From the NCBI GenBank assembly GCA_049974845.1, contig JBNGCP010000003.1, forward strand, positions 20,643-84,642: 64,000 bases of DNA, in the 5' to 3' direction. A program made the translations under genes and the position numbers. Within the stretch, counting starts at the first letter, position 1; every line of letters starts with the position of its first letter. Of this stretch, positions 41,012-47,831 are shown piece after piece. The notes under the pieces are model-generated. The model made no database searches. It was not told the DNA's origin and worked only from the letters and a program-made list of their open reading frames with translations. This DNA comes from Anaerolineae bacterium. GTDB lineage: Bacteria; Chloroflexota; Anaerolineae; B4-G1; SLSP01.

Positions 41012-41617
41012 TTAACGCGCGGCTTTGTAACCCCGCGCGACGATAAAGGACTCCCAGCTCTCGTTGCGGGTCGCCGGTGGAGTAAAGACTTTCACCGGGT
41101 GAAAGGCCATCTTGACGTCGTGGATTAGGGCCGGCAGATCCTCGCCCTCAAACACCTTCAGCACCATATTTCCGCGGGGGACGAGGAGACGCCGGGCGAC
41201 GTCAAAGGCAGCCCGCGCCAGCTCGATAGATAGCACGTGGTCGCGCAGCTTAATGCCCGTGGTCGAAGGGGCTGCGTCACTCACCACGACGTTGGCTCGT
41301 CCATTGGCGGCTTCAATCACTTGCGCCTGGACGTCCGGATCGGTCATGTCGCCCTGAAGCACGGTCACGCCCGGAATGGGTTCGATGGGCTGGAGGTCGA
41401 GGGCGATCACCTTCCCGCGATTGCCCACCAGCTCCGTGAGCACCTGGGACCAGGAGCCCGGCGCCGCGCCGAGATCGACCACCACGTCGCCCTTGCGGAC
41501 GATGTGGAACTTATCCTGGATCTGGCGTAGCTTATAGGCCGACCGCGCTCGATACCCCTCCGCCTTCGCCTTCCGGAAAAAGCGTTCCTGATGCTGCTGT
41601 TTCCGCCAATGGCTCAT
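41012..41617 (-). CDS. rlmE: 23S rRNA (uridine2552-2'-O)-methyltransferase RlmE/FtsJ
   Basis: RSAYKL...VVDLGAAPGSWSQ...VVSD FtsJ motifs. Confidence 0.9.
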   Translation of the reverse strand: MSHWRKQQHQERFFRKAKAEGYRARSAYKLRQIQDKFHIVRKGDVVVDLGAAPGSWSQVLTELVGNRGKVIALDLQPIEPIPGVTVLQGDMTDPDVQAQVIEAANGRANVVVSDAAPSTTGIKLRDHVLSIELARAAFDVARRLLVPRGNMVLKVFEGEDLPALIHDVKMAFHPVKVFTPPATRNESWESFIVARGYKAAR

Positions 41618-42978
41618 GCTCCGCGTGATCCCTTCACTCGCGTTGCCGAGAAATCAGCCAGCAACGTGGCGACATAGTCGGGCACCTGTCCTACGATGTA
41701 GGTGCCCTCAGAGTTGTGGGTCTCCTTCTCGATCAGACCGCGCTCATGAATCAAACTGACCAGATCCCCCCGCTTGAAGGGGATCAGCACCCGAACCCGG
41801 CGCATCTCGGATTCCAGCACCTCTTCGATCTCGGTCAAGAGATCATCCAGGCCTTGACCAGTCAGGGCGGAGATCGCGACGGTGTCGGGGAGATCGCGGA
41901 GGGCCGTACACGCAGCCGCCGGGTCCTCAAACTCGTCGATCTTGTTGAGCGCGTTGACGATCGGCAGCTCGCCGGCCCCGATCTCTCTCAGCGTGCTGTA
42001 GACACTTCGTGCCTGCTCCATCGCCTGAGGATGACTGACGTCGATCACGTGGACCAGGAGATCCGCTTCCAGGACCTCCTCCAACGTCGCACGGAAGGCC
42101 GCGATGAGGTCTGTGGGCAGTTTCTGGATGAAACCGACGGTATCCGTGAAGAGGACGACGGTGCCGCCGGGCAGCGTGACGCGGCGGGTCGTCGGATCGA
42201 GGGTTGCGAAGAGCTGGTCGGCGGCATAGATGGTCGCGCCGCTCAGAGCGTTGAGCAGCGTCGATTTGCCCGCATTAGTGTAGCCGACCAATGCCACGGT
42301 GGGAAACCCTTCCCGGCGACGTTGCTGTCGCTGCCGGGATCGTGCGGCGCGCACGTTCTCCAACTCGCGCTTGATCTGTGTGATTCGCTGGCGGATGGCA
42401 AACCGATCCATCTCCAGCTTGGTCTCGCCCGGGCCGCGCAGGCCGACACCCCCGGTGCTGCCACCCGCCCGTCCACCTGCCTGGCGGGTCAACGCCTGCT
42501 CCGTCCAGGTCTGGGTCAGCCTCGGCAACCGGTATTCGTACTGCGCCAGCTCGACTTGGAGCGCGCCCTCTCGCGTGTGAGCGTGTTGGGCAAAGATATC
42601 GAGGATGAGGCCGGTGCGATCCATGACTTTGACGTTCTTGCCAAAGACGCCCTCCAGTTCGCGCTGGTGGCGCGGCGCCAGCTCGTCGTCGAAGACGACG
42701 ACGTCGGCATTCCGCTGCCGGAGCTGCGCAGCTACCTCCTCCGCTTTTCCCTTGCCGATGTAGGTTGCCGGGTTGGGGCGGTCCAGCTTCTGCGTTGTAT
42801 AGCCGATGACCTGCAGGCCGGCTGTGTGAGCCAAGCGGTTGAGCTCCACGAGGGACTGCTCAACGGGCCAATCATCCGGCACGTATTTGCCGTCGGGAAT
42901 GGCCTTCCACTCGACACCGACGAGGTAAGCTCGCTCGGGCGGTGCGATATTTCCTCTAACAGAGCTACGTCGACTCAT
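41614..42978 (-). CDS. hflX: GTPase HflX
   Basis: HflX N-domain, then G-domain (GYTNAGKST, DTVGF, NKID). Start set at MSRRSS with GGAGG 5 nt upstream. The ORF-track N-terminal extension to 43266 runs through a repeat remnant, so I rejected it. Confidence 0.85.
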   Translation of the reverse strand: MSRRSSVRGNIAPPERAYLVGVEWKAIPDGKYVPDDWPVEQSLVELNRLAHTAGLQVIGYTTQKLDRPNPATYIGKGKAEEVAAQLRQRNADVVVFDDELAPRHQRELEGVFGKNVKVMDRTGLILDIFAQHAHTREGALQVELAQYEYRLPRLTQTWTEQALTRQAGGRAGGSTGGVGLRGPGETKLEMDRFAIRQRITQIKRELENVRAARSRQRQQRRREGFPTVALVGYTNAGKSTLLNALSGATIYAADQLFATLDPTTRRVTLPGGTVVLFTDTVGFIQKLPTDLIAAFRATLEEVLEADLLVHVIDVSHPQAMEQARSVYSTLREIGAGELPIVNALNKIDEFEDPAAACTALRDLPDTVAISALTGQGLDDLLTEIEEVLESEMRRVRVLIPFKRGDLVSLIHERGLIEKETHNSEGTYIVGQVPDYVATLLADFSATRVKGSRGA

Positions 42979-43162
42979 TATCCTCCCGGGATGTTGCGAG
43001 TATCGATCCGATATAGTGTATGCATCATAACGCGAAAGTGCGCGCGAGCAAGGGCGAAGGCCTGATATGTTGCGGCGATCGCAGTGATATGGGCAAGGGG
43101 CAACGCACTTTGCTCGTCCCACCGCCGCGCGATGCCAGAAGCGCCCCTCACCCCAAAGCCTG

Positions 43163-43199
43163 AGTGCGTTGCACCTGTTCTGCCTACATGCGATTGCCC
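43163..43199. repeat. partial (right-arm) copy of the MITE-like element, copy D
   Basis: AGTGCGTTGCACCT plus TGCGATTGCCC, followed by a small hairpin CCTACCTgacacgtaAGGTAGG. Confidence 0.6.
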
Positions 43200-43404
43200 T
43201 ACCTGACACGTAAGGTAGGAGCGGCGATCCGTGTCGGTAGCTGGTTCCGGAGCAACGCTGAGCCATCGCTGCACGACAGCGGACAAGATAATGTGTTCGA
43301 CTCGCGCGAGTTCTGCTACAATGATAGTGACGCCAGAACGAGCAGCTGCCATGGCATCGGTTGTCGGGGTGGCTGCCAAATCCTACAGGTTGGATGGAGG
43401 GACT

Positions 43405-44358
43405 GTGAGAATACTCATAACCGGCGGTGCGGGCTTCCTCGGAAGTGCGTTAGCCAATGCGCTGGCAGCCGAGGAGCACGAGGTGTTGGTGCTCGACGAC
43501 TTGAGTGCGGGAGACCCAGAGCGCCTGGATCCCCGGGTATTGTTCCATCGTGGTAGCATCACCAACCGTCCCAAGCTGTGGACCTTGCTTCAGGGGGTCG
43601 ATTGCGTTTACCACTTGGCAGCACGCGTCCTCGTTGCCGAGTCAATTCTCTACCCCCGCGAGTACAACGAGGTCAATGTCAGCGGAACGGTGGCGTTGCT
43701 CGAAGCGATGCGGGACGTGGGCATCCCGCGGTTGATCTTTACGTCGTCCGGCGCCGTCTATGGGGATCAGGCCGAACAGCCCATCTCCGAGGCCGCGCAT
43801 CCCAGTCCACTCTCCCCCTACGCAGTGAGCAAGCTGTCCGCCGAGCACTACATTCACACGATCGGCGCGCTATGGGGAACCTCTACCGTCGTTCTCCGTA
43901 TTTTCAACGCCTACGGGCCCGGTCAACCCTTGCTTCCCTCGCATTCGCCCGTCATCCCCCGCTTCATCAACCAGGCGCTGGGTGGAGGCTCGCTGGTCGT
44001 CTTCGGTGATGGGAGCCAGACGCGAGACTTCGTCTACGTGAGCGACGTCGTGCGGGCTCTGATCAGCGCGCAGGAGGTCGAGGATCCTCCGCACTGCACC
44101 ATCAACGTCGGCAGTGGGACAGAGATCTCGATCAATCAACTGGCCCAGGAAGTCATAGCCCAGACCAACGCCAGCAGCAATACCATCTATAGCCCCGTGG
44201 GCGGCGGCGGGGTCTGCCGGCTGCGGGCCGATCTCACGCTGGCGCGTCAGGTGCTGGGATATGAACCCCAGGTCACGCTCAAGGAGGGCATTCGGCGCAT
44301 CCTGCAGGAGGACGCGCGCTTTCGTCGCCAACTCGAAGCTAGGCAGGAGGTGGTCTGA
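43405..44358 (+). CDS. NAD-dependent epimerase/dehydratase (UDP-sugar 4-epimerase-like SDR)
   Basis: ILITGGAGFLGS Rossmann motif and YAVSK catalytic motif. GTG start after GGATGGAGGG. Confidence 0.8.
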   Translation: MRILITGGAGFLGSALANALAAEEHEVLVLDDLSAGDPERLDPRVLFHRGSITNRPKLWTLLQGVDCVYHLAARVLVAESILYPREYNEVNVSGTVALLEAMRDVGIPRLIFTSSGAVYGDQAEQPISEAAHPSPLSPYAVSKLSAEHYIHTIGALWGTSTVVLRIFNAYGPGQPLLPSHSPVIPRFINQALGGGSLVVFGDGSQTRDFVYVSDVVRALISAQEVEDPPHCTINVGSGTEISINQLAQEVIAQTNASSNTIYSPVGGGGVCRLRADLTLARQVLGYEPQVTLKEGIRRILQEDARFRRQLEARQEVV

Positions 44359-45698
44359 TGCTGATTACGCACGCCGACGTCGCGACGTTGGGCTCCCGAC
44401 CGCGGCTGATTGAGGACGGCGCGATTCTGATTCGGGATCATCACATCGCAGCGATCGGCACGACTCAGGCGCTGACCACGGCCCATCTCCGAGAGGAAAG
44501 GCTGGACGCGAAGGGACAACTGGCGCTCCCGGCGTTTCTGTGTGGGCATACGCATTTCTACGGTGCGTTCTCGCGGGGGTGGTCCTATCCGGGCCCGCCG
44601 GCCTCGAGCTTCGGTGAGGTGCTGGAGAGCCTCTGGTGGCGCTTGGACAAACACCTGACGCTGGAGGACGTCCGCTACTCGGCGCTGGTCTGCCTCTGTG
44701 ATGCGATCCGGCACGGTACGACGACGTTGATCGATCACCACGCGAGCCCCAACGCGATTGAGGGATCGTTGGACGTGATCGCCGACGCCGTCGTCCGCTC
44801 CGGCGTGCGCGCCTCCCTGGCGTATGAGGTCACGGACCGTGACGGGCCCGCGCGCGCGCGGGCCGGCATTGACGAGAATGTGCGGTTTCTGAAGCGCCTG
44901 CGGCGCGCGCCTCACCCGCAGCTTGGGGCGTCCTTTGGACTGCATGCCTCCTTGACGCTGAGCGACGCCACACTGACTGCTGCGGTGGAGGCGGTGACCC
45001 GCAACGACCTACAGACCGGCTTCCACCTCCATGCCGCGGAGGGGCTCGAGGACGTGGAGGACAGCCTGGCGAAGTCGGGACTGCGGGTGATTCCCCGGCT
45101 CCGGAATGCCGGCATCCTGGGGCCGCGCACGATCGTGGCCCACGCCATTCACGTCGACGATGATGAGATCGATCTGTTGGCGGAGACCGAAACCTGGGTC
45201 ACGCATCAGCCACGATCGAATATGAACAACGCCGTGGGGTTCGCCCGGGTAGAGGCGATGGTGGAGAAAGGGGTCAGGGTCGCGCTGGGCAATGATGGCT
45301 TCTCCAACAACATGGTGGCGGAGATGAAGGCGGCCTATTTGGGGCACAAGCTGGTTCAGCGAGATCCTCGCGCGATGCCTGCCGACGCGGTTCTGGCGCT
45401 GGAATACGACGCCAACGCCGCGCTGGCGAGCCTCTTCTGGCCTCAACAGAGGCTTGGCGTGCTGGAAGAGGGCGCGGTCGCCGATGTCATCCTCGTCGAC
45501 TACCGGCCTCCCACGCCCCTCACGGCGGCTAACCTGCCGTGGCATTTGATCTTCGGATATGAGGCCTCCGCCATCACGACGACGATTAGCGCGGGGCGCG
45601 TCCTGATGCGGGACCGGCAGCTGCTCACGTTGGACGAAGCGGAGATCGCGGCGCGGGCGCGGGAGCTGGCGCAGGCCTTGTGGAAGCGAGCCGGATAG
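44358..45698 (+). CDS. amidohydrolase, chlorohydrolase/SsnA-like family
   Basis: LCGHTHFYGAFSRG plus downstream HxH/His/Asp ligands. ATGA overlap with the upstream gene. Confidence 0.75.
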   Translation: MLITHADVATLGSRPRLIEDGAILIRDHHIAAIGTTQALTTAHLREERLDAKGQLALPAFLCGHTHFYGAFSRGWSYPGPPASSFGEVLESLWWRLDKHLTLEDVRYSALVCLCDAIRHGTTTLIDHHASPNAIEGSLDVIADAVVRSGVRASLAYEVTDRDGPARARAGIDENVRFLKRLRRAPHPQLGASFGLHASLTLSDATLTAAVEAVTRNDLQTGFHLHAAEGLEDVEDSLAKSGLRVIPRLRNAGILGPRTIVAHAIHVDDDEIDLLAETETWVTHQPRSNMNNAVGFARVEAMVEKGVRVALGNDGFSNNMVAEMKAAYLGHKLVQRDPRAMPADAVLALEYDANAALASLFWPQQRLGVLEEGAVADVILVDYRPPTPLTAANLPWHLIFGYEASAITTTISAGRVLMRDRQLLTLDEAEIAARARELAQALWKRAG

Positions 45699-45735
45699 AG
45701 GACGGCCTTTGCATTGGAGGCTGGCGACCAATGCA

Positions 45736-45865
45736 GGGCAATCGCAATTGGCGTGGGACAAAGTGCAACGCACCTAGGCTCGACGGTGAGCGATGTCTTT
45801 GGCATCGGGGCGTGGTTGACGAAGTCCAGGTGCGTTGCACTTGCTCTGGCCAACTGCGATTGCCC
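45736..45865. repeat. complete nested-TIR MITE-like element, copy B (outer TIR GGGCAATCGCAATTGGC / GCCAACTGCGATTGCCC around the inner unit 45762-45841)
   Basis: Read directly from the sequence. See findings. Confidence 0.75.
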
Positions 45866-45922
45866 TAGCGACCAGTGCCAGCTTCCTTGATTATGGCCAG
45901 GGGCATGCTAGAATGGTGTGGA

Positions 45923-46687
45923 ATGCGGATCGATATCTTTACGCTCTTCCCGGAGATGTTTCTGGGTCCGCTCCAGGAAAGCATCCTGAAGCGCGCCCAA
46001 GAGCGTGGTATTCTCAATCTCTTTCTTCATCAGATCCGCGATTACGCGTTTGATCGCCATCAGATGACCGACGATCTGCCTTATGGCGGGGGGCAGGGGA
46101 TGGTGATGAAGCCCGAGCCGGTCTTCCGGGCGGTTCACGCGGTGGTTGACGTCGAGCAGGTGCCCATTGTCTTGCTTTCGCCCCAGGGACGCACTTTTAC
46201 ACAGTCTGTAGCGCGCGAGCTGGCCCAGGAGTCACAGCTTGCGCTCATCTGTGGGCACTACGAGGGCGTGGATGAGCGGGTGCGCCAACACCTGGTCACA
46301 GATGAGCTCTCGATTGGAGATTACGTGTTGACCGGAGGCGAGCTCGCTGCGATGGTCGTCGTCGATGCCGTGGCTCGCTTCGTCCCCGGTGTGCTCGGTG
46401 CCGCCGACGGTGCACAGGATGATTCTTACGCGCTGGGTTTGTTAGAGGGGCCGCAGTACACGCGGCCGGCGACCTTCGAGGCGTGGTCGGTGCCCGAGGT
46501 CCTGCGCTCGGGCGATCACGCGGCTATCGCCAGGTGGCGTCGCGCCATGGCCCTTCGGCGCACCCTTGAGCGCAGGCCGGATATGTTGGATGCTGCGGAT
46601 CTTTCAGCGGAGGATCGTGAGCTCTTGGCCCAGATTGAGCAATGGACGCAAACTGAGCCTGGATTGCGTGAACCTGATGACATCTGA
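45923..46687 (+). CDS. trmD: tRNA (guanine37-N1)-methyltransferase
   Basis: [13 protein letters not shown]...[17 protein letters not shown]...[10 protein letters not shown] TrmD motifs. Confidence 0.9.
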   Translation: MRIDIFTLFPEMFLGPLQESILKRAQERGILNLFLHQIRDYAFDRHQMTDDLPYGGGQGMVMKPEPVFRAVHAVVDVEQVPIVLLSPQGRTFTQSVARELAQESQLALICGHYEGVDERVRQHLVTDELSIGDYVLTGGELAAMVVVDAVARFVPGVLGAADGAQDDSYALGLLEGPQYTRPATFEAWSVPEVLRSGDHAAIARWRRAMALRRTLERRPDMLDAADLSAEDRELLAQIEQWTQTEPGLREPDDI

Positions 46688-47318
46688 CAGAGTATATCTT
46701 AATGAGAACGGTACGAAGCGGTATCCCAGTCCCACCGCAGAGGGTGTCGAAGAGTCCGAGTTGATTCGGCAGCTGCAGCGGGGTGATATCGCGTCGCTGG
46801 GCAAGCTCTTTGAGCTGCACAAGACGTTGGTTTTCCGGACCTCCTTGGCCATCACGCGGGATGAGCGCATGGCGGAGGATGTGTTGCAGGATTGCTTCGT
46901 GCGGCTCTATCGCTATGCGGATTCTGTGGATGTCGAGCGTCCGCTCAAGCCCTGGTTATACCGCGTGACGGTGAATCTCTCTTACGATCGACTTGCCGCA
47001 AGGCGTGCGCGGCCTTTGGAGGATATCTCCGGGTGGTTGTCGGAATTAGCCAGCACGCTCCCGACGCCGGATCGCAGGGTTGAGGATCAAGAGACGTCGC
47101 GCATGGTACGCGAGGTCGTGGCGGAGCTTCCACCCCCGCATCGGGCCGTGATCGTCCTCTATTACATGGAGGATCTAGCGGTCGAGGAGATTGCCCAGGT
47201 TCTGGAGCTGCCTGAGGGGACGGTGAAGTCCCGTCTGCACTATGCGCGGGAACGCCTGCGCGGGATGCTCATTCGCCGCCAGAGGCTGGTTCCCGAGATG
47301 AGCTACGAATTCACGTGA
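46677..47318 (+). CDS. ECF-type RNA polymerase sigma factor (sigma-70 regions 2 and 4)
   Basis: Region 2 ([15 protein letters not shown]...PWLYRVTVN) and region 4 ([28 protein letters not shown]). The start overlaps the trmD end by 11 nt. Confidence 0.8.
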   Translation: MTSDRVYLNENGTKRYPSPTAEGVEESELIRQLQRGDIASLGKLFELHKTLVFRTSLAITRDERMAEDVLQDCFVRLYRYADSVDVERPLKPWLYRVTVNLSYDRLAARRARPLEDISGWLSELASTLPTPDRRVEDQETSRMVREVVAELPPPHRAVIVLYYMEDLAVEEIAQVLELPEGTVKSRLHYARERLRGMLIRRQRLVPEMSYEFT

Positions 47319-47329
47319 GTGTGGGGGCG

Positions 47330-47581
47330 ATGTCACCAGACGATCTCTTCCGAGAAATCTTTCGGTCGATGGCCGAGGCGACGCCGCCGGACGATGCGTG
47401 GCAGGGCGTGGTGCGTTCGCTTGCGCGCGAAGCTGCGTCCCCGCTTCCCCCGGTGAGCAAGGTGCTATCCTGGGTACAGGGCTTTCAGAGCGCCTATCGG
47501 CACACGTCTGATGCCTTCGTCTGCGCACAGCCCTATGGACGCTATGGCCTATCTCCGTGGGGGATCGTGATCGCCCAATAA
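47330..47581 (+). CDS. small hypothetical protein translationally coupled to the ECF sigma gene (candidate anti-sigma factor)
   Basis: The ATG lies 12 nt after the sigma stop, with GTGTGGGGG in between. No TM segment or zinc motif. Confidence 0.35.
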   Translation: MSPDDLFREIFRSMAEATPPDDAWQGVVRSLAREAASPLPPVSKVLSWVQGFQSAYRHTSDAFVCAQPYGRYGLSPWGIVIAQ

Positions 47582-47617
47582 GGCCCAGCCGGAGAGGCGA
47601 TAGCGCTACTGGCGTTC

Positions 47618-47645
47618 TTGACATTTCACCTTTTGTTCCTAGAAT
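47618..47645 (+). promoter_or_regulatory. sigma70-type promoter (TTGACA-16-TAGAAT) for the substrate-binding-protein gene, followed by a structured leader of about 185 nt
   Basis: Read from the sequence. Confidence 0.45.
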
Positions 47646-47831
47646 CAGTAGACTAAGGGAGGGCAGCGAGCCTTCTCTGTGCTGGATCACCGCGGCTTTG
47701 GCTTGGTAACATGCAGAAAGGAGGTTGCGCGGGGAACCCCGGAATGAATGAACAGTGCTTACGGAGCTGTATCAGAAGCACCACTGCTGTAAGGTACGCA
47801 AAACCCAATCCTATTGAAGGAGGAGACTAGC

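Noticed and set aside
41716-43065. 449-aa plus-strand ORF
   Set aside because: It is entirely antisense to hflX. The hflX frame has clear GTPase motifs. The antisense frame is Arg/Ala/Gly-rich, low-complexity shadow ORF.
43231-43404. N-terminal extension of the epimerase ORF, and 42979-43266 extension of the hflX ORF
   Set aside because: Both extensions run through the intergenic repeat remnant and have no RBS. Conserved N-termini and RBSs support the internal starts (GTG 43405; ATG 42978).
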